The position numbers and the translations under genes were made by a program. Under the pieces are notes generated by a model, which searched no databases, was not told the origin of the DNA, and worked only from the letters and a program-made list of their open reading frames with translations. From Limnochordia bacterium (GTDB lineage: Bacteria > Bacillota > Limnochordia > DTU080): a DNA stretch of 64,000 nt. The stretch lies in assembly GCA_050951545.1 (NCBI GenBank), contig JBMNJG010000005.1, forward strand, positions 195,742 through 259,741. The letters run 5' to 3'. Below are positions 38,973 to 48,315 of the stretch, piece after piece (positions within the stretch are counted from its first letter, which is position 1; each line of letters starts with the position of its first letter).

Positions 38973-39584
38973 CTACTGAGTTTCTGCTGCGGGTGCTAGT
39001 GCCCCCACGCGGAATAGCTGATACACCTCTTGGGCCAGCGCCTCCGGGGATTCGTCGCCATTTGTGACAATCCAATCGAAGGCTACGGCGTGGATCATGC
39101 CCTGAAGAGCCTGAGCCAGAGTGTGCTCATAGACCGTTCGCAGCACACCTTCTCGTATGCCACGCTTCAGAACATCAGCTATCAGCTGACTCATATGCTC
39201 TGATCCACGCTTTGCTGGCCCCTCCATCCCCTCTGCTATCTGGCCAAGCTGACCATAGAGAATGGCGATAAACTCTCTCTCTTCGAAGTAGAAGACGAAA
39301 TGAGCACTGATGATCCCTCTGATCATGGCCGCGATATCGCGTCCCTCGGATATCTGGCCCTCAACCAAGTGAATTAGTCGACCCATTCGCTCCTCGACCA
39401 ACGCTCTGAGCAGCTCTTTCTTGCTCGGGAAGTACAGGTAAATGGTACCCTTTGCTATAGAAGCTCTCTCAGCAATGGTCTCAACCTTAGCCCTGTAGAA
39501 ACCATGTTCTGCAAAAACCTCCTGCGCGGCCGCCAGTATGGCGGCGCGCCGATCACCGCGTTCATAGGCTGACGAAGTACCCAC
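38973..39584 (-). CDS. TetR/AcrR family transcriptional regulator
   Basis: N-terminal HTH AAILAAAQEVFAEHGFYRAKVETIAERASIAKGTIYLYFPSKKEL. Confidence 0.85.
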   Translation of the reverse strand: MGTSSAYERGDRRAAILAAAQEVFAEHGFYRAKVETIAERASIAKGTIYLYFPSKKELLRALVEERMGRLIHLVEGQISEGRDIAAMIRGIISAHFVFYFEEREFIAILYGQLGQIAEGMEGPAKRGSEHMSQLIADVLKRGIREGVLRTVYEHTLAQALQGMIHAVAFDWIVTNGDESPEALAQEVYQLFRVGALAPAAETQ

Positions 39585-39597
39585 GGGCCAGACCCCC

Positions 39598-41886
39598 TCA
39601 TCTCGTGCTGTGAGCTGTCGCTGCAGCCCGTTTCTCGCTACGCGCCGCTCTTGTCACGAGCAGTGCGGGTAGCACGGTAATGGCACTAGTCGCTGACACA
39701 ACCATAGTAGCTGCGATCAAGGCTCCAAACTCACGCATCGGCTGAAAGGCTGACAGCACAAGCACCAAGAATCCAGCGGTTACGGCTCCCGCATTGAGTA
39801 GCACGGCATACCCCGTGGTTGCAGTAGCCTTGGCAATGGCCTCTGCCGAGTGGGCACCATTCGTCCTCTCCTCTTTGTGTCGCGTATACATGTGAATGCT
39901 GTAGTCGATACCCATCCCCACGGCCACGCTGGTCACCAAGGCTGTAACCACATTAAACGACAGCCCAAACCAGCCCATCACCCCAAAATTGACAATGATC
40001 GTGATGACGATGGGGACCAGACACAGCAGGCTAGCTGCCGCAGACCCAACCATCGGCCAAACCAGGAGAAAGACTGTGATAAGCGACAGTACGAGGCTTT
40101 GTACTTGGCCCTCAGTGATCAAGTCAGCCATGGACCGCCCCAGCAGAGGTGTCCCCGTAACCTGAACCTCGCTCACCTCAGGGACGGCGCCCAACTCGTC
40201 GCAGATCCGCTGCACCCGGTCCAACACAAGCCGTTGCTCCTTAGACGACGTCGCAGCCATAATGATCTCGATCTTGGCTTGCTCGTGATCGATCGTCAGC
40301 AGCTCAGACAATCCGGCATCACCTGACATCGACAGCAGTAGCAAATACTGAGCTATAGCCTCGCGTGTATCGGGAATGCGCTCGTAGGCAGGGTCATCTG
40401 CATGCAAAACTCGAGAGACCCGCTTCACCAAGTCTACTACAGACAGCGGAGTAGACAGATGCGGAATCGCCTTCAGCTGTTCTTGAGCCGTTTCCATCGC
40501 CCGCAGCACTTCCGGCTCGGTGATACTGCCATCCACAACGATCTGGATAGTACCCGTGCCCCCAAAATGCTCCTGAACCAGGTCAAACGCGTTACGCGTG
40601 GGGCTCCCCTTCTCGAAGAAGTTGATGAAGTCGGTCTCGACACTCAGGCGAGGCAAGCCTAAGGCCGCAACGACTACTATACCAAACGCTATTACGGCCA
40701 CAACACCCCGATGGCGGGCCACCCATCCGCCGAATCTGGCCAGAAAGGCCGCTTCACCCTGCTCGACACTGCGCGACCAACCCCGCTCACTGCGCTTGCC
40801 GACCAACAGAAGAATGCTGGGGATCATGACAGTGGAGACAACCAAGGCCACCAACACGCCAAAGGCTGTCAATAGCCCAAACTCGCGAATGCGGATAATG
40901 CTGCTAAAAGCATTTGACAGAAATCCAGCGGCCGTAGTAGCGCCAGCCATGAAGACTGCGGGGCCTACCTGTCGCACCACGCGCTCTACTCGCTCACGGT
41001 TATCTGTTACCTGAGTTACCTCTCCCCGGTAGCGATGTAACACGTGAATGCCGTAGGCACTGCCGACACTAGTGAAGACAGCTGGCAGGATGGCACTCAG
41101 TTGAGTGAGCGGCACGCCAGTGAAGCCCATCAGACCGAGGGTCCAGGTCATGCTGATTAACATGGTCAGTAGCGGCAGAAGCACGCCCTGCCAGTTGCGA
41201 AAACTGAGGAAGAGCATGGACAGAATGAGAATCACTACAAGCGGTGACAAACGCAGGAGGTCGCTACGCAAGGCCTCGTTCATCACCTGGTTTAGAACCG
41301 GACCACCCGTAAGATGCACCGTCATGTCACCGCACGCCTCACCAATCGCCGCCCGAATAGCGTTTACGGTTGCATCATTATCCGCCCATTCGTCTAGCGT
41401 AAGCAGGATAAGAGTGAAGGCTCCGTCTTCAGATACCAGCTTTCCAGCCAGCTGGTTGTCCTCCATCACTTGGCGCCGGAAGGCTTCAACCTCATCCTGA
41501 GTCGTCGGCAGCTCAGACAGCATGGGGCTCACTTCGATACCCCATTCCGAACCCCTGATGTTCTCGATGCTGGTCAGACTACGTACTGTGTCCACGCCTT
41601 CGACAGCACTGAGAGCCTCGGTCAGCCGATCCAGGTCAGCGATGCCGCTGAGAGAGAAAACCTCCTGGGCCTCTACCGCCAGCATGATGTATTCCGAACT
41701 GCCGAAGGTGTCTTGTGTCTCATTGAACAGCACCACACGGGGGTCATCTTCAGAGAAAAAGTTGGTCACATCGGTAGCCATGGTGACCCGCAAGGCACCA
41801 TAGCCAAACACCAGCGTCGCCAGCACAAAAAAGCTGACCACCCATCCTGGGTAACGCCGTATTAGCTTCTGAACGAGATCTCGCAC
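39598..41886 (-). CDS. MMPL family RND-type exporter
   Basis: 762 aa with two 6-TM bundles each followed by a large extracytoplasmic loop (SSD/MMPL topology). Confidence 0.85.
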   Translation of the reverse strand: MRDLVQKLIRRYPGWVVSFFVLATLVFGYGALRVTMATDVTNFFSEDDPRVVLFNETQDTFGSSEYIMLAVEAQEVFSLSGIADLDRLTEALSAVEGVDTVRSLTSIENIRGSEWGIEVSPMLSELPTTQDEVEAFRRQVMEDNQLAGKLVSEDGAFTLILLTLDEWADNDATVNAIRAAIGEACGDMTVHLTGGPVLNQVMNEALRSDLLRLSPLVVILILSMLFLSFRNWQGVLLPLLTMLISMTWTLGLMGFTGVPLTQLSAILPAVFTSVGSAYGIHVLHRYRGEVTQVTDNRERVERVVRQVGPAVFMAGATTAAGFLSNAFSSIIRIREFGLLTAFGVLVALVVSTVMIPSILLLVGKRSERGWSRSVEQGEAAFLARFGGWVARHRGVVAVIAFGIVVVAALGLPRLSVETDFINFFEKGSPTRNAFDLVQEHFGGTGTIQIVVDGSITEPEVLRAMETAQEQLKAIPHLSTPLSVVDLVKRVSRVLHADDPAYERIPDTREAIAQYLLLLSMSGDAGLSELLTIDHEQAKIEIIMAATSSKEQRLVLDRVQRICDELGAVPEVSEVQVTGTPLLGRSMADLITEGQVQSLVLSLITVFLLVWPMVGSAAASLLCLVPIVITIIVNFGVMGWFGLSFNVVTALVTSVAVGMGIDYSIHMYTRHKEERTNGAHSAEAIAKATATTGYAVLLNAGAVTAGFLVLVLSAFQPMREFGALIAATMVVSATSAITVLPALLVTRAARSEKRAAATAHSTR

Positions 41887-41964
41887 TCGCTGCCACGCCC
41901 CTTTACCATTCCTTCTGCGCCCATCGTGTCGAGAACTTGTGCGCCGTCCCTCTGCTAATCCACT

Positions 41965-41990
41965 TCACTGACTGGCCGGTCAGTCACTGG
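41965..41990. promoter_or_regulatory. Near-perfect 24-bp palindrome in the MMPL/sulfatase divergent promoter region (candidate TetR operator)
   Basis: TCACTGACTGGCC|GGTCAGTCACTGG. Confidence 0.45.
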
Positions 41991-42163
41991 TTTCCACTAT
42001 ATACCCCAAGAGAGTATTCGTCAACACCCACCATATGATACCCCTCCCCAGTAAATGATGCGATACTGTGCGAGCATGTCGGCCGCCAACCACGCGTACC
42101 CGAAGGACGATACCCACTGGAGCACGAACTCAGTCATAGAACAAGGGATGAGGGTGTAGCCAG

Positions 42164-43534
42164 ATGATGACACTTGATAGTCAACACGCGGACGGTCCCA
42201 ATGTCGTGCTTGTCGTCTCCGACGATCACGGCCGAGAGGCACTGGGCTGCTACGGCAATCCAGCTGTGAGTACGCCCTATCTTGATGAACTAGCGACTGA
42301 CGGCGTACGCTTCACGCATGCCTTCTGCACGACCGCATCGTGCGCAGCCAGTCGCTCCGTTATCTTGACTGGCCTATACAACCACGCCAATGGTACCTAT
42401 GGGCACACGCACGGTGCCCATCATTTCGCCTGTTTTGAGCATGTGCGCACTTTGCCCAGCCTTATCAAGGCGGCTGGGTATCGCACTGGACGCGTCGGCA
42501 AGATGCACTATGCCCCTGAACACCTCTTTCCCTTTGACTGGGGTGTGCCCGCAGGCAGATTTGGGCGCGACGATGTGCGCATGGCAGAGCATTGCCGTGA
42601 GTTTGTGAAGGGAGAACAGCCCTTCTTTTTGTACTGGTGCTCCCATAATCCCCACCGAGCAGGGCTAATCAGAGAGCACCCGCTTCGTGCCAACAGCTTC
42701 GGCAATCCACAACAGGCCTTTGCAGGAGATGAGGAGCTCCTATATGCGCCAGAGGACGTGATGGTGCCCCCGTTCCTGCCCGACATTCCCGAAGTGCGAG
42801 CAGAGTTGGCCCAGTACTACCAGTCCATCTCTCGCCTGGACCGAGGCATCGGACGCCTCCTCCAGATTCTCAAGGACGAGGGAAAGTACGACAACACGGT
42901 TGTTATCTACATCTCCGATAACGGGGCAGCCTTTCCGGAAGCAAAGACCACTCTGTATGATCCCGGCATGCGTCTTCCTTGCATTGTACGTAGCCCCTTG
43001 CACAAAAACCGCCACACCACCTGTGACGGGCTAATCACGTGGGCCGACATTACCCCCACGATCCTCGATTTTGCTGGGGCCTACCAGGATCCTGAGCAAT
43101 TTCACGGCCGTTCTTTCAAGGGGATCATCGATCAAGAGACCCCCTCACAATGGCGAGAGGAGATCTACGCAGCACACACCTTCCACGAGATCACCAACTA
43201 CTACCCGATGCGCGTAGTGCGCACAAAGAGACACAAGTTCATCTGGAACATAGCCTGCAACCTAGACTACTCTTTCGCCAGTGACCTGTGGAGCTCAGCC
43301 TCTTGGCAAGGCGCTCTTCAACGAGGACTGAACGCTTTTGGTGCCCGAAGCATAGAGGCCTACATCCACCGACCACGCTTTGAGCTCTATGATCTCGACA
43401 TCGATCCCTATGAAACCAACAACCTCGCCGAGCGAGAAGAGTACCAGCAGATGATACAAACGTTTGCAGGCAAGCTGCAGGCTTTCCAGGAGAAAACCGG
43501 GGACCCTTGGCTACACAAGTGGACGTATGAATGA
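42164..43534 (+). CDS. Sulfatase (N-sulfoglucosamine sulfohydrolase-like) with C-A-A-S-R active-site motif
   Basis: VVLVVSDDHG metal-binding start, CTTASCAASRSVILTG, and later conserved His/Lys blocks typical of the alkaline phosphatase-like sulfatases. Confidence 0.8.
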   Translation: MMTLDSQHADGPNVVLVVSDDHGREALGCYGNPAVSTPYLDELATDGVRFTHAFCTTASCAASRSVILTGLYNHANGTYGHTHGAHHFACFEHVRTLPSLIKAAGYRTGRVGKMHYAPEHLFPFDWGVPAGRFGRDDVRMAEHCREFVKGEQPFFLYWCSHNPHRAGLIREHPLRANSFGNPQQAFAGDEELLYAPEDVMVPPFLPDIPEVRAELAQYYQSISRLDRGIGRLLQILKDEGKYDNTVVIYISDNGAAFPEAKTTLYDPGMRLPCIVRSPLHKNRHTTCDGLITWADITPTILDFAGAYQDPEQFHGRSFKGIIDQETPSQWREEIYAAHTFHEITNYYPMRVVRTKRHKFIWNIACNLDYSFASDLWSSASWQGALQRGLNAFGARSIEAYIHRPRFELYDLDIDPYETNNLAEREEYQQMIQTFAGKLQAFQEKTGDPWLHKWTYE

Positions 43535-43539
43535 GCTGT

Positions 43540-43575
43540 GTGACGATGAGGCCGGAAACCCGGCCTCATCGTGTT
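43540..43575. terminator. Perfect hairpin terminator between the sulfatase gene and the tRNA
   Basis: gatgaggccgg-aaac-ccggcctcatc. Confidence 0.65.
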
Positions 43576-43581
43576 CTCCTT

Positions 43582-43657
43582 TGGTGCGCGCGAGAGGATT
43601 TGAACCCCTGGCCCTCTGATCCGAAGTCAGATGCTCTATCCACTGAGCTACGCGCGC
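43582..43657 (-). tRNA. tRNA-Arg (anticodon UCG)
   Basis: Reverse complement reads GCGCGCGUAGCUCAGUGGAUAGAGCAUCUGACUUCGGAUCAGAGGGCCAGGGGUUCAAAUCCUCUCGCGCGCACCA with anticodon loop CUUCGGA. Confidence 0.9.
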
Positions 43658-43743
43658 TCAAGATCAACCCGCTTTCTTATACTACCACAGTGGCCCCGCC
43701 CGCTCAATAGCCAGCGGAGCCACTAACCTAACGCATGGTTACC

Positions 43744-44532
43744 TTACTTAATCGTCAGCTTCGCGTACTCCCACTTGGGGCCTGGGCTAAACAGTCCGCC
43801 CCAGACACCGCCAGCATATGAGACCGAAGAGATGGCAACAGCATACTCGCCGTCCTTCTTGAAGGCGCTGAGTCCAGCAAACTTCGCCTTGGGAATGGCT
43901 GCCTCCAAGCGGTAACCAGTGGCGGTGCGCACCGTAGCCAGCTTCACATCACCGCTGTCGCCGATGCCATGACTAAAGCACCAAGCAGTCGGCGTCTCTT
44001 TTCCACCACTCATTACAGCCAAGTCAATCTGGAAGTCGGTCGTCTCATAGCTTTCTGCGCCTGCGACGGCGCTCGGAATGTTGATGTTTCCGCCATTCAG
44101 CCACAGCTCAATGCCTGTGTTATTCCAGATACCAGACCCAATGCCGCTGCCTTGGATGTTGATATCTGCTACGTCAGCAGCCACGTAAAGGTACACATCG
44201 TCGTAACCCAGATAGACCTTCGCAGAATGGTCCTTGGCCTGAATCTGGGGGCCACGCACAAAAGAGACGGATGGATCAAGGATAAATGTGGGCGTGGAGT
44301 AGTCGGTGAGATTCCAGTCATCAAAACTACCGTCAATGCTCAGAGGCTTGGCGATAGGAAGGGCCGTGAAGCTCCCGGTTGGGCCGGCCATAGCCGCGCC
44401 AGCCATCAACATGACGACAGACAGTACCAGACAGACTATCGCGACGCATCTCTTCAATTGAATCCCCCTCTTTCTCACATTGTGCTGTGCGAGAACACCG
44501 CAGTAGTTAGTTCGCCATGCACTGTTACACAC
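43744..44532 (-). CDS. Secreted protein with CBM9/DOMON-like carbohydrate-binding beta-sandwich
   Basis: Signal peptide; LSIDGSFDDW...VYLGYDDVYLYVAADV pattern typical of CBM9-like modules. Start is probably the internal MLMAGAAMAG. Confidence 0.5.
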   Translation of the reverse strand: MCNSAWRTNYCGVLAQHNVRKRGIQLKRCVAIVCLVLSVVMLMAGAAMAGPTGSFTALPIAKPLSIDGSFDDWNLTDYSTPTFILDPSVSFVRGPQIQAKDHSAKVYLGYDDVYLYVAADVADINIQGSGIGSGIWNNTGIELWLNGGNINIPSAVAGAESYETTDFQIDLAVMSGGKETPTAWCFSHGIGDSGDVKLATVRTATGYRLEAAIPKAKFAGLSAFKKDGEYAVAISSVSYAGGVWGGLFSPGPKWEYAKLTIK

Positions 44533-44585
44533 CTTTGAGAACGGCTCTCCTCGTCAAAAAGGGGCATATACTAGCTGCATGCTTA

Positions 44586-44631
44586 TTGACATATGCTCAC
44601 ATACTCCGTATCCTGGCATTGAGCATATGCC
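44586..44631 (+). promoter_or_regulatory. Promoter (TTGACA-17-TATCCT) overlapped by two CATATGCTC-type palindromic half-operators (GACATATGCTCA ... TGAGCATATGCC)
   Basis: Inverted 10-mer CATATGCTCA separated by 20 nt; identical TTATTGACATATGCTC start shared with site 2 at 47251. Confidence 0.55.
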
Positions 44632-44706
44632 CTGTTTGTGCTGAGACTGCACATACTAGATTTGCTAATTGCCAGGCAACGTTACGCAAAAGAGAGGGGT
44701 TTGACA

Positions 44707-45450
44707 GTGAAGATAGCCATCACAGCGCAGGGAAAATCACCTGACGCCACTCTGGATCGCCGCTTTGGTCGAGCACCCTTCGTTTTCGTTGGAGATAGCG
44801 AAAGTGGTGTGCTCCATCCCTATGAAAATGAAGCCCGTCTGCACCAGAGTGGCGCTGGCATTGCAGCGGCTCAGTCGCTGGTCGATCAAGGCGTTGAAGT
44901 TCTCATCACAGGGGAGGTCGGTCCAAAGGCCGCGCAAGTACTACAAGCTGCGGGAATCAAGGTACATCGCACGACAGCAAATACCGTACCGGAAGCCCTG
45001 GCCGAGTTCCAGCAGGCATTCACCAAACCAGCAACTCCGTTGACTCTCTCGCCTGCTGGCTCAAGAAGTGCCACGACGCAAGACACACCTGTACAGCAGA
45101 AGCGCCAGCCTGTCTCCGAAGCCGTTGTGGCCGTAGCCACTGATGGAGACAGTGTGGCACAGCACTTCGGCAGATGCGAAGAGTATACGTTAGCAACCAT
45201 CAAGGGCGGAGCGGTAGTCAGCCGCCGCGTGGTCACCAATCCGGGCCATGAACCTGATTTCCTACCGGGCTTCTTGGCGGAACGCGGGGTGACAGCGATC
45301 ATTGCCGGGGGCATGGGTCCAAGAGCGATAGAGCTGTTTAAGTCCAAGGAAATCGACATCATCGTGGGTGTCTCGGGACTTGTCTCTGAGGCCATCAATG
45401 GCTATAGAGACGGATGCCTGCTAGACGGCGAGAGCTCTTGTACGCACTAG
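44707..45450 (+). CDS. Tandem NifX/NifB-like dinitrogenase FeMo-cofactor-binding domain protein (two Nitro_FeMo-Co domains)
   Basis: Two repeats of the KIAI..G........FGR...F.......GV..II.G..G fold. GTG start at 44707. Confidence 0.7.
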   Translation: MKIAITAQGKSPDATLDRRFGRAPFVFVGDSESGVLHPYENEARLHQSGAGIAAAQSLVDQGVEVLITGEVGPKAAQVLQAAGIKVHRTTANTVPEALAEFQQAFTKPATPLTLSPAGSRSATTQDTPVQQKRQPVSEAVVAVATDGDSVAQHFGRCEEYTLATIKGGAVVSRRVVTNPGHEPDFLPGFLAERGVTAIIAGGMGPRAIELFKSKEIDIIVGVSGLVSEAINGYRDGCLLDGESSCTH

Positions 45451-45478
45451 ACCTAACACCCGTGGATGGTGAGGATGT

Positions 45479-46342
45479 ATGAAACTGGCGATCGCCAGTG
45501 GCAAGGGTGGCACCGGAAAAACCACCATTGCCACCAACTTAGCTGTCACTTTGGCTGAGACCAATGGACAAGTGCAGCTGCTAGATTGCGATGCAGAGGA
45601 ACCGAACGCGCACCTCTTCCTGAATCCTGTAGGGACCGCCAGCCGTACCGTAGAATCACTGGTCCCTCAGATTGATGCTGAAAAATGTAACCTGTGTGCA
45701 AAGTGCGTTGAGGTCTGCGCCTACAGCGCTCTTGCTACAGCTGGCGGCCAAGTGCTGCTCTTTCCTGAGATGTGCCATGGTTGCGGCGGGTGTGCTCGCT
45801 TTTGCCCTAAACAGGCCATTGAAGAGGTCACGCGCCCTATTGGCGCTGTCCTCAACGCCCAAGTCTCCGAACTTGAACTTGTCTGGGGCAAGGCGCACAT
45901 TGGCTTACCACTGGTACCAGCGGTCATCGCAGAAGTGAAAAAGATGGCCAGACCTGAAGCAACAGTGATCATTGATGCGCCCCCTGGCACCTCCTGTGCA
46001 GCAGTGGCGGCGATCACAGATTGCGACCTGTGCCTTCTCGTAACGGAACCTACTGCCTTTGGCCTGCACGACCTGATGCTCGCCACAGAGATGGCTCGCG
46101 AGCTCAATCTGCCTTCTGCAGTCATCATCAACCGTTCTGATCTCGGTGATGAAAGGGTTCGCGCCTACTGCCAGGACAACTCGCTACCGATCCTGCTGGA
46201 GATTCCTTTCTCCCGCAAGCTTGCAGCGTGCTATGCACGCGGACAGCTATGGGTTAGGGAGTACCCTGAATGGCGAGCCGCATTCACAGGCCTGTGGAAG
46301 CGAATAGAGGAGTACGCACATGAAAGAGCTATTGGTAATTAG
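45479..46342 (+). CDS. MinD/ParA-superfamily P-loop ATPase with inserted 2x[4Fe-4S] ferredoxin domain
   Basis: Deviant Walker A GKGGTGKTT; CNLCAKCVEVC and CHGCGGCARFC cluster motifs. Confidence 0.8.
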   Translation: MKLAIASGKGGTGKTTIATNLAVTLAETNGQVQLLDCDAEEPNAHLFLNPVGTASRTVESLVPQIDAEKCNLCAKCVEVCAYSALATAGGQVLLFPEMCHGCGGCARFCPKQAIEEVTRPIGAVLNAQVSELELVWGKAHIGLPLVPAVIAEVKKMARPEATVIIDAPPGTSCAAVAAITDCDLCLLVTEPTAFGLHDLMLATEMARELNLPSAVIINRSDLGDERVRAYCQDNSLPILLEIPFSRKLAACYARGQLWVREYPEWRAAFTGLWKRIEEYAHERAIGN

Positions 46343-47222
46343 CGGTAAGGGTGGTACAGGCAAGACCTCGGTGGTGGGGGCCTTCGCCACATTGGCCCGC
46401 AACGCAGTCCTGGCTGACTGTGATGTTGACGCGGCAAACCTGCACTTACTGCTCGATCCGGAGATCCAACATGAGCATGTTTTCCACGGACTACCGCGAG
46501 CTCAGATCGATCAAGCCACCTGCGCCTCCTGTGGCCTATGTCGGGAAGTCTGCCGCTTTGACGCTATCAGTAGCGACTACGTTGTCGATCCCATGGCCTG
46601 TGAAGGCTGTGGCATCTGTCTTCGTGTCTGCCCGGTAGATGCGATTACCGCCCAAGAACGCGTAGCCGGACACTGGTTCGTCTCCACGACTCCCCACGGC
46701 CCCCTCGTACACGCTCGCCTCAATACGGCGGAAGATAACTCAGGCAAGCTTGTGGCTGAGGTTCGCAGAGAAGCACGAGAACTTGCTGAAGAGCGGCAAC
46801 TCGACCTGATCATTGTGGATGGACCACCGGGCATCGGTTGCCCAGTGATCTCCGCTCTGACTGGCACCGACCTCGCCTTGTTAGTGACCGAACCGAGTGT
46901 GTCGGGCTGGCATGACTTGGCCCGAGCGCTAGAGCTTACAGAGCATTTCGAGGTCCGAACCGTCGTCTGCATCAACAAGGCTGATCTGCATGAGCCCATG
47001 AGCAAACAGATCGAGTGGCACTGTTACGACCGGGGCGTCGACGTGATAGGCAGAATTCCCTTCGACAAGCAATTGGCTCAAGCTGCAGTTAGGGGTACTG
47101 CTCCTGTCTTGGGCGATACCCCGGCCTCCACTGCATTACGTAAGCTCTGGGAAAAAACACATGCTCTACTCATGCAGGATTCATCGAGGAATCCACGTCC
47201 CCTTCGTCTCGACACCCGTTGA
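46320..47222 (+). CDS. Second MinD/ParA-superfamily P-loop ATPase with inserted 4Fe-4S ferredoxin domain
   Basis: GKGGTGKTS; CASCGLCREVC and CEGCGICLRVC. Confidence 0.8.
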   Translation: MKELLVISGKGGTGKTSVVGAFATLARNAVLADCDVDAANLHLLLDPEIQHEHVFHGLPRAQIDQATCASCGLCREVCRFDAISSDYVVDPMACEGCGICLRVCPVDAITAQERVAGHWFVSTTPHGPLVHARLNTAEDNSGKLVAEVRREARELAEERQLDLIIVDGPPGIGCPVISALTGTDLALLVTEPSVSGWHDLARALELTEHFEVRTVVCINKADLHEPMSKQIEWHCYDRGVDVIGRIPFDKQLAQAAVRGTAPVLGDTPASTALRKLWEKTHALLMQDSSRNPRPLRLDTR

Positions 47223-47253
47223 ACCGCCGATCGCGATCTCGGTCGAATTGTTA

Positions 47254-47300
47254 TTGACATATGCTCGCCACGATGTTACGCTTTTAATGAGCATATGCTC
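47254..47300 (+). promoter_or_regulatory. Second promoter (TTGACA-17-TACGCT) with the same paired palindromic operator, including a perfect GAGCATATGCTC
   Basis: GACATATGCTC - 22 nt - TGAGCATATGCTC, upstream of the DUF5320 gene. Confidence 0.55.
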
Positions 47301-47333
47301 TTTAGCGTGTGCTAAGGGAAGGAGGCGAATGGG

Positions 47334-47672
47334 ATGCCACGCGGTGATGGAACTGGCCCACAGGGCTTCGGTCCCATGACAGGACGCGGCGCTGGTTTCT
47401 GTGCAGGATTCCCCGTACCAGGTTACCAGAACACGCCCGGATGGGGCGCTGGTCGTAGCGGTGGATGGGGCGGCGGCGGAGGGCGAAGACGTTGGTGTTA
47501 CCGAATGCCTATGCCGTACCCTGCCGCATACGACCCAGGGTATGCGCCTGCAGCGACCTCCAGTGAGGCGGAGTTAGGTCTCCTAAAAGGTGAGGTTTCG
47601 CGTCTAAAGGGTCTGCTGTCTGAGATCAACGCCCGCATCAGGGAACTCTCGCCGAAAGAAGAGGCCGAGTAG
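47334..47672 (+). CDS. DUF5320 family glycine-rich protein with C-terminal coiled coil
   Basis: MPRGDGTGPQGFGPMTGRGAGFCAGF start and GWGGGGGRRRWC block; the family is typically found beside NifX-like/Fe-S ATPase genes in anaerobes. Confidence 0.65.
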   Translation: MPRGDGTGPQGFGPMTGRGAGFCAGFPVPGYQNTPGWGAGRSGGWGGGGGRRRWCYRMPMPYPAAYDPGYAPAATSSEAELGLLKGEVSRLKGLLSEINARIRELSPKEEAE

Positions 47673-47696
47673 ACTCTGTTTGACGGGGATCGGGTA

Positions 47697-47730
47697 GGAT
47701 GACGCCCGCCCATCAGCGGGCGTCATCCCT
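47697..47730. terminator. Perfect 13-bp hairpin, bidirectional terminator
   Basis: ggatgacgcccgc-ccatca-gcgggcgtcatcc. Confidence 0.65.
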
Positions 47731-47769
47731 CTTACAGAACCATGCTGCGAGCTTTCGCTAGCGACTCGT

Positions 47770-48315
47770 CTAGTAGAGAGCCCCGGCTCTTGACCAGTTA
47801 TATCCGTAGAAGGAGCGCCTTTCATCTATGAACTCCCTAGCGTACGCAAGAACCACGAGTAGCAGTGGCAACCTATGCGCATCGAAGTCATAGATAGTGG
47901 TCTGATCGCAGTCAGCTGACACGACCTTCTTCTTTTCGAGACCGTATCTGGCGAGGGCATCCACGACCCGCATGCACTGCTCCTCATCAAGGGCGCATGT
48001 TCTCTCTATCGCTGAAGGTGCGAAACTGAAATGCTGTTTCTCAGCGAGGAACGCCAGCACCCTTAGGAAACCAGGTGTAGAGATGTCGCCAAAGAGACCT
48101 GTAACAGCACTGGTCGCATCTAGGACCGATCTCCACCCGTCAGGGGGATCTGACATCACGACAAAACCGAAACCAGTGCGGATGTTGGTAAAGCCCCCAG
48201 TCACGATGATCCGTGATGAGTGCTGCTCTTCCTGCTTGGCCCTGTTCCGTTCAGCCTCGCTCGTCTCCGACAAGAGGTCAAAGGAGTCTAGCTGCATGTC
48301 CCAACATCGATCCAT
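47770..48315 (-). CDS. Hypothetical protein (181 aa), possible winged-helix fold
   Basis: ORF with coding composition, convergent with the DUF5320 gene; no clear motif. Confidence 0.4.
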   Translation of the reverse strand: MDRCWDMQLDSFDLLSETSEAERNRAKQEEQHSSRIIVTGGFTNIRTGFGFVVMSDPPDGWRSVLDATSAVTGLFGDISTPGFLRVLAFLAEKQHFSFAPSAIERTCALDEEQCMRVVDALARYGLEKKKVVSADCDQTTIYDFDAHRLPLLLVVLAYAREFIDERRSFYGYNWSRAGALY

